A model generated the notes under the pieces. It saw only the letters and a program-made list of their open reading frames with translations, was not told where the DNA came from and did not search any database. From Escherichia coli (GTDB lineage: Bacteria > Pseudomonadota > Gammaproteobacteria > Enterobacterales > Enterobacteriaceae): a stretch of 64,000 nt of DNA. Location: assembly GCF_016903815.1 (NCBI RefSeq), contig NZ_CP069973.1. One strand, given 5' to 3'. Positions within the stretch are counted from its first letter, which is position 1. Each line of letters starts with the position of its first letter. This document shows positions 25,748 through 38,396 of this stretch, piece after piece. The position numbers and the translations under genes were made by a program.

Positions 25748-26563
25748 ATGACGATCATCCATCCTCTGCTTGCCAGCCGTAGCGCTCCGAATTATCGCCA
25801 GTCCTGGCGGTTAGCGGGCGTGTGGCGGCGGGCGATTAACCTGATGACGGAAAGCGGCGAACTGTTAACGCTGCATCGTCAGGGTAGTGGTTTCGGCCCC
25901 GGAGGATGGGTGCTTCGCCGCGCGCAATTCGATGCGTTATGCGGTGGATTATGCGGCAATGAACGACCACAGGTTGTGGCTCAAGGCATTTGCCTCGGAC
26001 GTTTCACGGTTAAACAGCCACAGCGTTATTGTTTGCTGCGTATTACGCCGCCTGCGCATCCTCAACCGCTTGCAGCGGCATGGATGCAACGCGCGGAGGA
26101 AACCGGGCTTTTCGGGCCGCTGGCGTTGGCGGCAGGCGATCCGCTGCCTGCTGAATTACGCCAGTTTCGTCACTGTTTTCAGGCCGCGCTCAATGGCGTT
26201 AAGACCGACTGGCGGCACTGGCTGGGTAAAGGGCCGGGATTAACGCCGAGTCATGATGACACGCTGACGGGAATGCTGCTGGCAGCCTGGTATTATGGCG
26301 CTTTAGATGCGCGCTCCGGTCGCCCGTTTTTTGCCTGTTCCGACCATCTTCAACTCGTTACCACTGCGGTGAGCGTTAATTATTTACGTTATGCCGCGCA
26401 AGGATATTTCGCCTCGCCACTCCTGCACTTTGTTCATGCTCTGAGTTGCCCGAAACGTACCGCTGTTGCGATTGATTCGCTGCTGGCGCTGGGACATACG
26501 TCAGGGGCAGATACGCTGCTGGGGTTCTGGCTTGGTCAACAATTATTACAAGGAAAACCATGA
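25748..26563 (+). CDS. ylbF: Conserved protein YlbF
   Basis: 271-aa product from '[12 protein letters not shown]'; the longer ORF-track start overlaps ylbE. Confidence 0.7.
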   Translation: MTIIHPLLASRSAPNYRQSWRLAGVWRRAINLMTESGELLTLHRQGSGFGPGGWVLRRAQFDALCGGLCGNERPQVVAQGICLGRFTVKQPQRYCLLRITPPAHPQPLAAAWMQRAEETGLFGPLALAAGDPLPAELRQFRHCFQAALNGVKTDWRHWLGKGPGLTPSHDDTLTGMLLAAWYYGALDARSGRPFFACSDHLQLVTTAVSVNYLRYAAQGYFASPLLHFVHALSCPKRTAVAIDSLLALGHTSGADTLLGFWLGQQLLQGKP

Positions 26564-27453
26564 AAACACTGGTTGTAGCTCTTGGGGGCAATGCCTTGCT
26601 TCAGCGCGGTGAGGCGCTGACGGCAGAAAATCAATATCGCAATATCGCCAGCGCTGTACCCGCACTGGCGTGCCTGGCCCGTTCTTATCGGCTGGCGATT
26701 GTTCACGGCAACGGGCCACAGGTGGGGCTGTTGGCGTTACAGAATCTGGCGTGGAAAGAGGTAGAACCGTATCCGCTGGATGTGCTGGTGGCGGAAAGCC
26801 AGGGGATGATTGGCTATATGCTGGCGCAGAGCTTGAGCGCACAGCCGCAGATGCCGCCTGTCACGACGGTGCTGACGCGCATTGAGGTTTCGCCTGATGA
26901 TCCGGCGTTTTTGCAGCCAGAGAAGTTTATCGGTCCGGTTTATCAGCCAGAAGAACAAGAGACACTGGAAGCGGCTTACGGCTGGCAGATGAAACGTGAT
27001 GGTAAATATTTGCGCCGGGTGGTAGCGTCTCCGCAACCGCGTAAAATTCTCGACAGCGAAGCCATCGAGTTGTTGCTCAAAGAGGGGCATGTGGTGATTT
27101 GCAGTGGCGGCGGCGGTGTGCCTGTGACGGATGACGGAGCAGGGAGTGAAGCAGTGATTGATAAAGATCTCGCCGCTGCGTTGCTCGCCGAGCAGATTAA
27201 TGCCGATGGGCTGGTGATCCTCACCGATGCTGATGCGGTATATGAAAACTGGGGAACGCCGCAGCAACGTGCCATTCGCCATGCCACACCGGATGAGTTA
27301 GCGCCATTTGCCAAAGCCGATGGTTCGATGGGGCCGAAGGTAATGGCGGTGAGTGGCTATGTCAGAAGCCGTGGCAAACCTGCGTGGATTGGGGCGTTAT
27401 CGCGGATTGAAGAGACGCTGGCGGGCGAAGCGGGGACCTGTATTTCGCTGTAG
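26560..27453 (+). CDS. ybcF: Carbamate kinase-like protein
   Basis: 297-aa ORF with amino-acid kinase fold features; ATGA overlap with ylbF; synteny. Confidence 0.8.
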   Translation: MKTLVVALGGNALLQRGEALTAENQYRNIASAVPALACLARSYRLAIVHGNGPQVGLLALQNLAWKEVEPYPLDVLVAESQGMIGYMLAQSLSAQPQMPPVTTVLTRIEVSPDDPAFLQPEKFIGPVYQPEEQETLEAAYGWQMKRDGKYLRRVVASPQPRKILDSEAIELLLKEGHVVICSGGGGVPVTDDGAGSEAVIDKDLAAALLAEQINADGLVILTDADAVYENWGTPQQRAIRHATPDELAPFAKADGSMGPKVMAVSGYVRSRGKPAWIGALSRIEETLAGEAGTCISL

Positions 27454-27522
27454 TGATTGGGGTATTTGGCAAGAATTAAGGCTCTGAGAAAGATTCCAAA
27501 CCCCAAATAAGAACGCGGACAG

Positions 27523-27561
27523 TCCCCTCGCCCCTGTGGGGAGAGGGTTAGGGTGAGGGGG
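27523..27561. repeat. GC-rich imperfect palindromic intergenic element (REP-like)
   Basis: 'tcccctcgcccctgtggggagagggttagggtgaggggg' between convergent ybcF and purK; family not confirmed. Confidence 0.3.
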
Positions 27562-27605
27562 AAAACTGCTTGCGCATTAGCTTTTAAGCAGGTTTGTGCA
27601 CCAGG

Positions 27606-28673
27606 TTAACTGAACTTACTCTGCGCCCAAATCACGCCACTGGCATACTCCGGCGGCAGCAGCGGGATTAAGGCTTCCAGCGCCGCGGTCAGACGCGATG
27701 TGTCGCTGTCGGTCAAATTCAGATGCCCCACTTTACGCCCCGGACGGACTTCTTTGTCGTACCAGTGCAGATGCACCAGCGGCAATTTCAGCCAGTCATA
27801 ATTCACATCGCTACCAATCAGGTTGATCATCACCGACGGACTATTCACTACTGGTTGCGGTAACGGCAGATCGGTAATCGCCCGCAGATGCAGCTCAAAC
27901 TGGCTGATGCTGGCACCGTTTTGCGTCCAGTGACCACTGTTATGCACACGCGGAGCCAGTTCGTTGATCAGCAGACCTTGCGGGGTGACAAAGCACTCCA
28001 TCGCCATCACGCCCACATAGCCCAGCTCCTGCATAATCGCCGACAGCATCTCTTCGGCTTGCGCTTGCTGCTGCGCATTGGCCTGCGGGAAAGCGACGCT
28101 GGTACGCAAAATACCGTCCTGATGCAGGTTATGCGTCAGCGGATAAAACACGGTGCTACCATCAAAGCCGCGCGCGCCAACCAGCGACACTTCGCCAGAG
28201 AAGTTTATGCCCTGCTCGACAATACATTCGCCGTAGCATTCAGCCGGTAACTGTTCGGTTTCATCGGCGCGTAAACGCCATTGACCGCGTCCGTCATAGC
28301 CACCAGTGCGACGCTTAACAATCGCCAGCTCACCTAAACGCTTAAACACCGCAGGCCACTCGCTGCGATCGGCAAGTAACTGCCACGGTGCGGTCGGTAG
28401 GTGAAGCTTGTCGAAAAGCTGCTTCTGAGTCAGACGGTCAGCAATAATCGGGAATACATCGCGGTTCACAAAGGCCGGATGGCGCGCCAGCTCGCGGGTT
28501 AATGCGGTTTCCGGCCAGCGTTCGATCTCAGCGGTAATCACGCTTTGTTGAAAAGGCACCGCCGCCGGTTCAGCGTCCAGCCCGACTGGCCAGACAGCAA
28601 TGCCTAACGGTTCGCCTGCCTGGCGCAGCATACGGCCTAACTGCCCGTTACCGAGGACGCAAACCTGTTTCAT
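27606..28673 (-). CDS. purK: N5-carboxyaminoimidazole ribonucleotide synthase
   Basis: 355-aa ATP-grasp ORF overlapping purE stop/start. Confidence 0.9.
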   Translation of the reverse strand: MKQVCVLGNGQLGRMLRQAGEPLGIAVWPVGLDAEPAAVPFQQSVITAEIERWPETALTRELARHPAFVNRDVFPIIADRLTQKQLFDKLHLPTAPWQLLADRSEWPAVFKRLGELAIVKRRTGGYDGRGQWRLRADETEQLPAECYGECIVEQGINFSGEVSLVGARGFDGSTVFYPLTHNLHQDGILRTSVAFPQANAQQQAQAEEMLSAIMQELGYVGVMAMECFVTPQGLLINELAPRVHNSGHWTQNGASISQFELHLRAITDLPLPQPVVNSPSVMINLIGSDVNYDWLKLPLVHLHWYDKEVRPGRKVGHLNLTDSDTSRLTAALEALIPLLPPEYASGVIWAQSKFS

Positions 28674-29179
28674 GCCGCACCTCGCGGGTCTGGGTTTTCC
28701 AGCACTTCGTCAGTCTGGGCTTTGCGCCAGTCATTCAGACGCTGGTGCAGTTCTTTATCATGAGTCGCAAGAATTTGTGCTGCCAGTAACGCCGCGTTTG
28801 CCGCGCCAGCTTTACCAATCGCCAGCGTACCCACCGGAATGCCGCGCGGCATTTGTACGATGGAGTAGAGGCTATCGACACCGCTCAGTGCGGCGCTCTG
28901 TACTGGCACGCCCAGCACTGGCACCAGCGTTTTGGCGGCAATCATGCCTGGCAGGTGCGCTGCGCCGCCTGCGCCCGCAATAATCACCTGATAACCGTTT
29001 TCTTCGGCACTTTCGGCGAAGCTGAACAGTTTATCGGGGGTGCGGTGAGCAGAAACCACTTCAACGTGGTGTGGGACATTCAGGATTTCGAAGATTTCGG
29101 CGGCGAACTGCATGGTAGCCCAGTCGCTTTTGGACCCCATCACGATGGCGACACGCGCCGGATTATTGCGGGAAGACAT
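28670..29179 (-). CDS. purE: N5-carboxyaminoimidazole ribonucleotide mutase
   Basis: 169-aa product from '[20 protein letters not shown]'. Confidence 0.9.
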   Translation of the reverse strand: MSSRNNPARVAIVMGSKSDWATMQFAAEIFEILNVPHHVEVVSAHRTPDKLFSFAESAEENGYQVIIAGAGGAAHLPGMIAAKTLVPVLGVPVQSAALSGVDSLYSIVQMPRGIPVGTLAIGKAGAANAALLAAQILATHDKELHQRLNDWRKAQTDEVLENPDPRGAA

Positions 29180-29295
29180 GCGTCTTAAAACTCCTGTGGT
29201 GCACAACTCTCGGCTTTAGAGGGCACAGAGAATAGCACGGAAAGAGAGCAAGGAAAACGGTTGCGTGGCTGTGAAATCAGCAAAGTTGCGGGTAT

Positions 29296-30018
29296 TTAAA
29301 ACGGAAAATGAATCAGCTCAACGTCATCTGCCGTGACTTTCACCATTGAACCTTCCGTATGCCAGGCACCCAGTACCACGCGAAAAGCAGGTTGCTGATT
29401 GGCGATAAGTTCATGCACCGCCGGGCGATGGGTATGCCCGTGGATCAGCCATTGCACCTGATGTTTTTCCATCGCACTGACCACCGCGTTTTGGTTAACG
29501 TCCATGATCGCCAGCGATTTACTGCTGTTGGCTTCTTTGCTGTTCGCGCGCATTCGCGCGGCAATGCGTTTGCGCACAAACAATGGCAGAGCGAGGAATA
29601 GCGTCTGCAGCCAGGGTTTGTGGACTTTGGCGCGAAAAGCCTGATAACCGGCGTCATCGGTGCACAGCGTGTCGCCATGCATAATCAATACCCGGCGACC
29701 ATACAGTTCGAGCACCTTTTCTTCCGGCAATAACGTCATGCCGCTTTCACGGGCAAAGCGTTTGCCGAGCAGAAAATCACGGTTGCCATGAATGAAATAA
29801 CAGGGAACACCGGAATCGGACACCGCTTTGATCGCTGCCGCCATCTGGCGATGGAGTGGGTTGGGATCGTCGTCGCCAATCCACGCTTCAAACAGATCGC
29901 CAAGAATATACAGCGCGTCGGCCTTGCGGGCTTCCCCCGCTAAAAAACGCAGAAAACCGGCGGTGATCGCCGGTTCTTCCGCGCAGAGATGAAGATCTGC
30001 AATAAAGAGTGTCGCCAC
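29296..30018 (-). CDS. lpxH: UDP-2,3-diacylglucosamine hydrolase
   Basis: 240-aa calcineurin-like phosphoesterase with 'DLHL' and 'GNRD' motifs. Confidence 0.9.
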   Translation of the reverse strand: MATLFIADLHLCAEEPAITAGFLRFLAGEARKADALYILGDLFEAWIGDDDPNPLHRQMAAAIKAVSDSGVPCYFIHGNRDFLLGKRFARESGMTLLPEEKVLELYGRRVLIMHGDTLCTDDAGYQAFRAKVHKPWLQTLFLALPLFVRKRIAARMRANSKEANSSKSLAIMDVNQNAVVSAMEKHQVQWLIHGHTHRPAVHELIANQQPAFRVVLGAWHTEGSMVKVTADDVELIHFPF

Positions 30019-30020
30019 GA

Positions 30021-30515
30021 TTACTCGCTAACGGTCACGCTTTCAATGATAACGTCTTCTTTTGGCACGTCCTGGTGCATACCGCTACGACCGGTTGCAA
30101 CACCTTTGATTTTGTCTACCACGTCCATGCCTTCAACCACTTCAGCAAACACGCAGTAACCCCAACCTTGCAGGCTTTCGCCAGAGAAGTTCAGGAAGTC
30201 GTTATCAACCACGTTGATGAAGAACTGTGCAGTTGCAGAGTGCGGTGCCTGAGTACGGGCCATTGCCAGCGTACCACGGGTATTTTTCAGACCGTTGTTG
30301 GCTTCGTTTTTGATCGGGTCTTTGGTGGTTTTTTGCTTCATGCCCGGCTCAAAACCGCCGCCCTGAATCATAAAGCCGTTGATTACACGGTGGAAAATGG
30401 TGTTGTTGTAAAAACCTTCGCGGCAGTAGTCCAGGAAGTTTTTAACTGTTTCAGGTGCTTTATCGTCAAAAGTTTTGATGACAATATCGCCGTGATTGGT
30501 GTGGAAAGTAACCAT
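30021..30515 (-). CDS. ppiB: Peptidyl-prolyl cis-trans isomerase B (cyclophilin)
   Basis: 164-aa ORF '[27 protein letters not shown]...'. Confidence 0.9.
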   Translation of the reverse strand: MVTFHTNHGDIVIKTFDDKAPETVKNFLDYCREGFYNNTIFHRVINGFMIQGGGFEPGMKQKTTKDPIKNEANNGLKNTRGTLAMARTQAPHSATAQFFINVVDNDFLNFSGESLQGWGYCVFAEVVEGMDVVDKIKGVATGRSGMHQDVPKEDVIIESVTVSE

Positions 30516-30688
30516 TTTTGCATCCTGTTCCGTTTGATTGGTGCTTCAACCCGGTTCGGGTCATATATAGGGTGGTGTTATAGCATAACCGCACGATCGG
30601 ATCATCACGCAATGTATGCTGATTCGCGCGGGAAATATGGGTATTATACGCAACTCAATTACCCACACATGTCTAAACGGAATCTTCG

Positions 30689-32074
30689 ATGCTAAAAATC
30701 TTCAATACTCTGACACGCCAAAAAGAGGAATTTAAGCCTATTCACGCCGGGGAAGTCGGCATGTACGTGTGTGGAATCACCGTTTACGATCTCTGTCATA
30801 TCGGTCACGGGCGTACCTTTGTTGCTTTTGACGTGGTTGCGCGCTATCTGCGTTTCCTCGGCTATAAGCTGAAGTATGTGCGCAACATTACTGATATCGA
30901 CGACAAAATCATCAAACGCGCCAATGAAAATGGCGAAAGCTTTGTGGCGCTGGTGGATCGCATGATCGCCGAAATGCACAAAGATTTTGATGCTTTGAAC
31001 ATTCTGCGCCCGGATATGGAGCCGCGCGCGACGCATCATATCGCAGAAATTATTGAACTCACTGAACAACTGATCGCCAAAGGTCACGCTTATGTGGCGG
31101 ACAACGGCGACGTGATGTTTGACGTACCGACCGATCCGACATATGGCGTGCTGTCGCGTCAGGATCTCGACCAGCTGCAGGCAGGCGCGCGCGTTGACGT
31201 GGTCGACGACAAACGCAACCCGATGGATTTCGTTCTGTGGAAGATGTCGAAAGAGGGCGAACCGAGCTGGCCGTCGCCGTGGGGCGCGGGCCGTCCAGGC
31301 TGGCACATTGAATGTTCGGCAATGAACTGCAAGCAGCTGGGTAACCACTTTGATATCCACGGCGGCGGTTCAGACCTGATGTTTCCGCACCACGAGAACG
31401 AAATCGCTCAGTCCACCTGTGCCCATGATGGTCAGTATGTGAACTACTGGATGCACTCCGGGATGGTAATGGTTGACCGCGAGAAGATGTCGAAATCGCT
31501 GGGTAACTTCTTTACCGTGCGCGATGTGCTGAAATACTACGATGCTGAAACCGTGCGTTACTTCCTGATGTCAGGCCACTATCGCAGCCAGCTGAACTAC
31601 AGCGAAGAGAACCTGAAGCAGGCGCGTGCGGCGCTGGAGCGTCTCTACACTGCGCTGCGCGGCACAGATAAAACCGTTGCGCCTGCCGGTGGCGAAGCGT
31701 TTGAAGCGCGCTTTATTGAAGCGATGGACGACGATTTCAACACCCCGGAAGCCTATTCCGTGCTGTTTGATATGGCGCGTGAAGTAAACCGTCTGAAAGC
31801 AGAAGATATGGTAGCGGCAAACGCGATGGCGTCTCATCTGCGTAAACTTTCCGCCGTATTGGGCCTGCTGGAGCAAGAACCGGAAGCGTTCCTGCAAAGC
31901 GGTGCGCAGGCAGACGACAGCGAAGTGGCTGAGATTGAAGCGTTAATTCAACAGCGTCTGGATGCCCGTAAAGCGAAAGACTGGGCGGCGGCAGATGCGG
32001 CGCGTGACCGTCTTAACGAGATGGGGATCGTGCTGGAAGATGGCCCGCAAGGGACCACCTGGCGTCGTAAGTAA
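30689..32074 (+). CDS. cysS: Cysteine--tRNA ligase
   Basis: 461-aa class I aaRS with HIGH ('HIGHGR') and KMSKS motifs. Confidence 0.95.
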   Translation: MLKIFNTLTRQKEEFKPIHAGEVGMYVCGITVYDLCHIGHGRTFVAFDVVARYLRFLGYKLKYVRNITDIDDKIIKRANENGESFVALVDRMIAEMHKDFDALNILRPDMEPRATHHIAEIIELTEQLIAKGHAYVADNGDVMFDVPTDPTYGVLSRQDLDQLQAGARVDVVDDKRNPMDFVLWKMSKEGEPSWPSPWGAGRPGWHIECSAMNCKQLGNHFDIHGGGSDLMFPHHENEIAQSTCAHDGQYVNYWMHSGMVMVDREKMSKSLGNFFTVRDVLKYYDAETVRYFLMSGHYRSQLNYSEENLKQARAALERLYTALRGTDKTVAPAGGEAFEARFIEAMDDDFNTPEAYSVLFDMAREVNRLKAEDMVAANAMASHLRKLSAVLGLLEQEPEAFLQSGAQADDSEVAEIEALIQQRLDARKAKDWAAADAARDRLNEMGIVLEDGPQGTTWRRK

Positions 32075-32085
32075 TTGCGCTATTG

Positions 32086-32109
32086 CCGGATGCGAGTTTT
32101 CGCATCCGG
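32086..32109. terminator. Palindromic hairpin between convergent cysS and ybcI (possible bidirectional terminator or REP-like)
   Basis: 10-bp stem 'ccggatgcga'/'tcgcatccgg' with 4-nt loop; weak U-tract. Confidence 0.4.
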
Positions 32110-32631
32110 TTATCGTCTGCGCCACCACAACATTCCCATCAGTAGCATCCCCGGCAACCACACCCACATCAATTCAGAAATAATCACCTGATGCCCGTAC
32201 GGCGTGCTGTAACGAGACAATGCAAACGGCGCGACTTTAATCACCTGCCAGGGAGCGAAAAAGCGTTCATCTGACCACGGCCATAGCCAGCCAACGCCTT
32301 TACCACCAGTGGTTACCGCATCCAGCAAGCTGTGCGATAGCAACGAGACGGTTAAAAACAGCCAGCAGCGAATCAGCCCAGCCCTGAACCATCGGCGTCC
32401 AATCAGCACACATAACAGCGGGACAACAAACGCAAACACCAGCGAATGGGTAAACCCGCGATGACCAAAAACATTGCCGTAAGCAACGCCAAATTTAAAC
32501 GACAAGACGTCGGCATCGGGCAGCATCGCCAGGATGATTCCGGCAAATAACAGGCGCGGAGGGATGACTTTCGAACCCAACCCTAAAGCAATGCAAAGGG
32601 GAACGGCTGCGTGCGTAATAATGGTTGGCAT
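32110..32631 (-). CDS. ybcI: Inner membrane protein YbcI
   Basis: 173-aa hydrophobic ORF; synteny. Confidence 0.75.
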   Translation of the reverse strand: MPTIITHAAVPLCIALGLGSKVIPPRLLFAGIILAMLPDADVLSFKFGVAYGNVFGHRGFTHSLVFAFVVPLLCVLIGRRWFRAGLIRCWLFLTVSLLSHSLLDAVTTGGKGVGWLWPWSDERFFAPWQVIKVAPFALSRYSTPYGHQVIISELMWVWLPGMLLMGMLWWRRR

Positions 32632-32738
32632 GATGGTCGCTTCGGCAAAATGTCGATGCTATCAGCATGGATGAACGGGGCGTAGAGGGCAAAAGTCTGA
32701 AAAGAGAACCGGCCTGTTGTTACAGGCCGGGAAAGGGA

Positions 32739-32951
32739 TCAGGCAACAATCTGTACGCTGTGACCGGCAAAACTCACTGTCTGCCCGGCAACGATTTTGC
32801 AGCGTTTGCGCGTTTCAACCGCACCGTCGACTTTCACCTGGCCTTCGGCAATCGCGATTTTCGCCTGCGCGCCGCTTTCGCTCCAGCCTTCCAGTTTCAG
32901 CAAGTCGCACAGCTCAACGTGCGGATGTTTACCTAAAGAAAATGTCGCCAT
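32739..32951 (-). CDS. ybcJ: S4-like RNA-binding protein YbcJ
   Basis: 70-aa product 'MATFSLGKHPHVELCDLLK...'; 1-bp gap to folD. Confidence 0.7.
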   Translation of the reverse strand: MATFSLGKHPHVELCDLLKLEGWSESGAQAKIAIAEGQVKVDGAVETRKRCKIVAGQTVSFAGHSVQIVA

Positions 32952-32952
32952 G

Positions 32953-33819
32953 TTACTCATCCTGTGGATCATGATATTCAACGCACGCCTGTAGCGTGTT
33001 TTCAATCAGCGTGGCAACCGTCATCGGGCCAACGCCGCCGGGAACAGGCGTAATGTATGAGGCGCGTTTAGCCGCGTCTTCAAACACGACGTCGCCCACA
33101 ACTTTGCCATTTTCCAGACGGTTGATGCCGACATCAATCACAATTGCGCCTTCTTTGATCCAGTCACCGGGAATAAAGCCTGGCTTACCGACGGCAACGA
33201 TCAATAGATCGGCATTTTCTACGTGGTGACGCAGATTTTTAGTGAAACGGTGAGTCACGGTGGTGGTGCAACCTGCCAGTAGCAGTTCCATGCTCATCGG
33301 GCGGCCAACGATATTCGATGCGCCAATCACCACGGCGTTGAGGCCGAAGGTATCAATGTTGTAACGCTCAAGCAGCGTGACAATACCGCGCGGGGTGCAG
33401 GGACGCAGACGCGGCGCGCGCTGGCACAGGCGACCGACGTTATAAGGATGGAAACCGTCTACGTCTTTGTCCGGATGAATACGTTCCAGCACTTTGACGT
33501 TATCAATACCCGCCGGTAACGGCAGTTGAACCAGAATGCCATCGATGGTGTTGTCGGCATTCAGCGCATCGATAAGCTCCAACAGCTCCGCTTCGCTGGT
33601 GGTTTCCGGGAGGTCATAAGAGCGGGAGACGAACCCGACTTCTTCACAAGCCTTGCGTTTACTTGCGACATAAATTTGCGATGCAGGGTTACTACCCACC
33701 AGCACAACGGCCAGTCCTGGTGCCCGCAGTCCGGCTGCAATACGCGCCTGAACTTTTTGAGCAACTTCAGAGCGCACCTGCTGCGCAATCGTTTTACCGT
33801 CAATAATCTTTGCTGCCAT
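32953..33819 (-). CDS. folD: Bifunctional methylenetetrahydrofolate dehydrogenase/cyclohydrolase
   Basis: 288-aa ORF '[23 protein letters not shown]...'. Confidence 0.95.
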
Positions 33820-34289
33820 CAGAGAGAGGATTCCATCTGTTACGTAGGTCGAAGGGGATGCGCCTATTTTGTCAGAAGCGGGGCGCGCTGTCAGGTTTCG
33901 TTTCAGATTTATCGCGTGAAGCGACCTCTTGCGAAGGTGAGGCGCACTGTCGCTGAGATTGAAAGCTTCATTTTTCGTCCATGATGGCGTTGTAAATCTG
34001 GAACTGATTTATTTCCTTGTTTAAGGATTAAGATAATTTAAGAAATACCTGACAATATAAAAAGAATTTTCAGCCTGGTAATTTACCGCTTCAGGTCTAT
34101 ATTTGTGTTGAATATATTTTGCGCGGAAGTATTCATCTAACGGGGCTCTCTATTTTTTAGAATAGAGTGCATATTTTCAATTAAGACATTCTTAGAGGAT
34201 AAAAAGGAATTTACTACTATCAGTGTCTTAAATAAAGTAATCGGTTATATACGGATGTGGAGTCGATAAATGAGATTGAAGGAATATAT

Positions 34290-34832
34290 ATGAAATTAAG
34301 ATTTATTTCGTCTGCGCTGGCCGCCGCACTATTCGCCGCTACGGGTAGTTATGCTGCCGTTGTAGATGGCGGTACAATTCACTTTGAAGGCGAACTGGTG
34401 AATGCTGCCTGTTCAGTGAATACTGACTCGGCAGACCAGGTTGTCACACTCGGTCAATATCGTACCGATATTTTCAATGCTGTTGGTAATACCTCTGCAT
34501 TAATTCCATTCACTATACAGTTGAACGACTGCGATCCTGTCGTTGCCGCTAATGCTGCCGTTGCATTTTCTGGTCAGGCGGATGCAATCAATGATAATTT
34601 ATTGGCCATTGCATCCAGTACTAATACAACAACAGCAACGGGTGTCGGTATTGAAATACTTGATAATACATCCGCAATTCTCAAACCTGATGGGAATAGC
34701 TTCTCAACCAACCAGAACTTGATCCCCGGGACCAACGTTCTTCATTTTTCTGCACGTTATAAAGGCACCGGTACAAGTGCATCAGCAGGGCAAGCAAATG
34801 CTGACGCGACTTTTATTATGAGATACGAATAA
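34290..34832 (+). CDS. sfmA: Type 1-like fimbrial major subunit
   Basis: 180-aa product with signal peptide '[22 protein letters not shown]' and FimA-like sequence. Confidence 0.85.
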   Translation: MKLRFISSALAAALFAATGSYAAVVDGGTIHFEGELVNAACSVNTDSADQVVTLGQYRTDIFNAVGNTSALIPFTIQLNDCDPVVAANAAVAFSGQADAINDNLLAIASSTNTTTATGVGIEILDNTSAILKPDGNSFSTNQNLIPGTNVLHFSARYKGTGTSASAGQANADATFIMRYE

Positions 34833-35051
34833 TCAAAACCACGTTGTTTTGAATTATATATCACGTCTTATAACAAAGTAATGTACCGGTTGTCTGAAGC
34901 GGTATGGTGGCAATGTAAATCGAAATCATGTTCACTTTGTATCATGCCGCTTTATTAAATGAAAAGGGAATGATGTGTTGTAAGAAACCAAAGCAATCAT
35001 TTCTTTATACTCCTTATTTTTGCCGTCAGGAATACACAAGGCGTATTAACT

Positions 35052-35744
35052 ATGATGACTAAAATAAAGTTATTGATGCTCATTATATTTTATTTAATCA
35101 TTTCGACCAGCGCCCATGCTGCCGGAGGGATCGCATTAGGTGCCACGCGTATTATTTATCCCGCTGATGCTAAACAGACTGCGGTATGGATTAGAAATAG
35201 CCATACCAATGAGCGCTTTCTGGTCAATTCGTGGATTGAAAACAGCAGCGGTGTAAAAGAAAAGTCATTCATCATTACACCGCCACTGTTTGTTAGTGAA
35301 CCCAAAAGCGAAAATACCTTGCGTATTATTTACACCGGTCCACCGCTGGCGGCAGATCGTGAGTCTCTGTTCTGGATGAATGTTAAGACGATCCCTTCGG
35401 TAGATAAAAATGCATTGAACGGCAGGAATGTTTTGCAACTGGCGATTTTATCGCGCATGAAGTTATTTCTCCGTCCAATTCAACTACAAGAATTACCCGC
35501 AGAAGCGCCGGACACACTCAAGTTTTCGCGATCCGGTAACTATATCAATGTTCATAATCCATCACCTTTTTATGTCACCCTGGTTAACCTGCAAGTGGGC
35601 AGCCAAAAACTGGGGAATGCTATGGTTGCACCCAGAGTTAATTCACAAATTCCCTTACCCTCAGGAGTGCAGGGAAAGCTGAAATTTCAGACCGTTAATG
35701 ATTATGGTTCAGTAACCCCGGTCAGAGAAGTGAACTTAAACTAA
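35052..35744 (+). CDS. sfmC: Fimbrial periplasmic chaperone (PapD-like)
   Basis: 230-aa ORF with signal peptide and chaperone motifs. Confidence 0.85.
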   Translation: MMTKIKLLMLIIFYLIISTSAHAAGGIALGATRIIYPADAKQTAVWIRNSHTNERFLVNSWIENSSGVKEKSFIITPPLFVSEPKSENTLRIIYTGPPLAADRESLFWMNVKTIPSVDKNALNGRNVLQLAILSRMKLFLRPIQLQELPAEAPDTLKFSRSGNYINVHNPSPFYVTLVNLQVGSQKLGNAMVAPRVNSQIPLPSGVQGKLKFQTVNDYGSVTPVREVNLN

Positions 35745-35774
35745 CCGAATCATCTGACAATATCAGAGCTAATT

Positions 35775-38384
35775 ATGAAAATACCCACTACTACGGATAT
35801 TCCGCAGAGGTATAGCTGGTGTCTGGCCGGAATTTGTTATTCATCTCTTGCCATTTTACCCTCCTTTTTAAGCTATGCGGAAAGTTATTTCAACCCGGCA
35901 TTTTTATTAGAGAATGGCACATCCGTTGCTGATTTATCGCGCTTTGAGAGAGGTAATCATCAACCTGCGGGCGTGTATCGGGTGGATCTCTGGCGTAATG
36001 ATGAGTTCATTGGTTCACAGGATATCGTATTTGAATCGACGACAGTAAATACAGGTGATAAATCAGGTGGGTTAATGCCTTGTTTTAACCAGGCACTCCT
36101 TGAACGAATTGGCCTTAATAGCAGTGCATTCCCCGAGTTAGCCCAGCAGCAAAATAATAAATGCATTAATTTACTGAAAGCTGTACCTGATGCCACAATT
36201 AACTTTGATTTTGCAGCGATGCGCCTGAACATCACTATTCCTCAGATAGCGTTGTTGAGTAGCGCTCACGGTTACATTCCGCCTGAAGAGTGGGATGAAG
36301 GTATTCCTGCTTTACTCCTGAATTATAATTTCACCGGTAACAGAGGTAATGGTAACGATAGCTATTTTTTTAGTGAGCTCAGCGGGATTAATATTGGCCC
36401 GTGGCGTTTACGCAACAATGGTTCCTGGAACTATTTTCGCGGAAATGGATATCATTCAGAACAGTGGAATAATATTGGCACCTGGGTACAGCGCGCCATT
36501 ATTCCGCTGAAAAGTGAACTGGTAATGGGAGACGGCAATACAGGAAGTGATATTTTCGATGGCGTTGGATTTCGTGGTGTACGGCTTTACTCTTCCGATA
36601 ATATGTATCCTGATAGCCAGCAAGGGTTTGCCCCAACGGTACGTGGGATTGCCCGTACGGCGGCCCAGCTAACGATTCGGCAAAATGGTTTTATTATCTA
36701 TCAAAGCTATGTTTCCCCCGGCGCTTTTGAAATTACAGATTTGCACCCGACATCTTCAAATGGCGATCTGGATGTCACCATCGACGAGCGCGATGGCAAT
36801 CAGCAGAATTACACAATTCCGTATTCAACAGTGCCAATTTTACAACGCGAAGGGCGTTTCAAATTTGACCTGACAGCGGGCGATTTTCGTAGCGGTAATA
36901 GTCAGCAATCGTCGCCTTTCTTTTTTCAGGGCACGGCACTCGGCGGTTTACCACAGGAATTTACTGCCTACGGCGGGACGCAATTATCTGCAAATTACAC
37001 CGCCTTTTTGTTAGGGCTGGGGCGCAACCTCGGGAACTGGGGCGCAGTGTCGCTGGATGTAACGCATGCGCGCAGTCAGTTAGCCGACGACAGTCGTCAT
37101 GAGGGGGATTCCATTCGCTTCCTCTATGCGAAATCAATGAACACTTTCGGCACCAATTTTCAGTTGATGGGTTACCGCTATTCGACACAAGGTTTTTATA
37201 CCCTTGATGATGTTGCGTATCGTCGTATGGAGGGGTACGAATATGATTACGATTATGACGGTGAGCATCGCGATGAACCGATAATCGTGAATTACCACAA
37301 TTTACGCTTTAGCCGTAAAGACCGTTTGCAGTTAAATATTTCACAATCACTTAATGACTTTGGCTCGCTTTATATTTCTGGTACCCATCAAAAATACTGG
37401 AATACTTCGGATTCAGATACGTGGTATCAGGTGGGGTATACCAGCAGCTGGGTTGGCATCAGTTATTCGCTCTCATTTTCGTGGAATGAATCTGTAGGGA
37501 TTCCCGATAACGAACGTATTGTCGGACTTAATGTTTCAGTGCCTTTCAATGTTTTGACCAAACGTCGCTACACCCGGGAAAATGCGCTCGACCGCGCTTA
37601 TGCCTCCTTTAACGCCAACCGTAACAGCAACGGGCAAAATAGCTGGCTGGCAGGTGTAGGTGGGACCTTACTGGAAGGCCACAACCTGAGTTATCACGTA
37701 AGCCAGGGCGATACCTCGAATAATGGGTATACGGGCAGCGCTACGGCAAACTGGCAGGCCACTTACGGTACGCTGGGGGTCGGGTATAACTACGACCGCG
37801 ATCAACATGACGTTAACTGGCAGCTGTCTGGCGGTGTGGTCGGACATGAAAATGGCATAACGCTGAGCCAGCCTTTAGGGGATACCAATGTTTTGATTAA
37901 AGCGCCTGGCGCAGGCGGTGTACGCATTGAAAATCAAACTGGCATTTTAACCGACTGGCGCGGCTATGCGGTGATGCCGTATGCCACGGTTTATCGGTAT
38001 AACCGTATCGCGCTTGATACCAATACGATGGGGAATTCCATCGATGTTGAAAAAAATATTAGCAGTGTTGTGCCGACGCAAGGCGCGTTGGTTCGTGCCA
38101 ATTTTGACACCCGCATAGGCGTGCGGGCGCTCATTACCGTTACCCAGGGCGGAAAACCGGTGCCGTTTGGATCACTGGTACGGGAAAACAGTACCGGAAT
38201 AACCAGTATGGTGGGTGATGACGGGCAAGTTTATTTAAGCGGTGCGCCATTGTCTGGTGAATTACTGGTTCAGTGGGGAGACGGTGCAAACTCACGCTGC
38301 ATTGCGCACTATGTATTGCCGAAGCAAAGCTTACAGCAAGCCGTCACTGTTATTTCGGCAGTTTGCACACATCCTGGCTCATAA
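35775..38384 (+). CDS. sfmD: Fimbrial outer-membrane usher
   Basis: 869-aa ORF, usher-like beta-barrel protein. Confidence 0.85.
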   Translation: MKIPTTTDIPQRYSWCLAGICYSSLAILPSFLSYAESYFNPAFLLENGTSVADLSRFERGNHQPAGVYRVDLWRNDEFIGSQDIVFESTTVNTGDKSGGLMPCFNQALLERIGLNSSAFPELAQQQNNKCINLLKAVPDATINFDFAAMRLNITIPQIALLSSAHGYIPPEEWDEGIPALLLNYNFTGNRGNGNDSYFFSELSGINIGPWRLRNNGSWNYFRGNGYHSEQWNNIGTWVQRAIIPLKSELVMGDGNTGSDIFDGVGFRGVRLYSSDNMYPDSQQGFAPTVRGIARTAAQLTIRQNGFIIYQSYVSPGAFEITDLHPTSSNGDLDVTIDERDGNQQNYTIPYSTVPILQREGRFKFDLTAGDFRSGNSQQSSPFFFQGTALGGLPQEFTAYGGTQLSANYTAFLLGLGRNLGNWGAVSLDVTHARSQLADDSRHEGDSIRFLYAKSMNTFGTNFQLMGYRYSTQGFYTLDDVAYRRMEGYEYDYDYDGEHRDEPIIVNYHNLRFSRKDRLQLNISQSLNDFGSLYISGTHQKYWNTSDSDTWYQVGYTSSWVGISYSLSFSWNESVGIPDNERIVGLNVSVPFNVLTKRRYTRENALDRAYASFNANRNSNGQNSWLAGVGGTLLEGHNLSYHVSQGDTSNNGYTGSATANWQATYGTLGVGYNYDRDQHDVNWQLSGGVVGHENGITLSQPLGDTNVLIKAPGAGGVRIENQTGILTDWRGYAVMPYATVYRYNRIALDTNTMGNSIDVEKNISSVVPTQGALVRANFDTRIGVRALITVTQGGKPVPFGSLVRENSTGITSMVGDDGQVYLSGAPLSGELLVQWGDGANSRCIAHYVLPKQSLQQAVTVISAVCTHPGS

Positions 38385-38396
38385 AGGAAATTATCA

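Noticed and set aside
33820-34289. Possible invertible promoter switch upstream of sfmA (by analogy with fimS)
   Set aside because: No flanking inverted repeats or recombinase genes are evident; the region looks like a simple AT-rich promoter.
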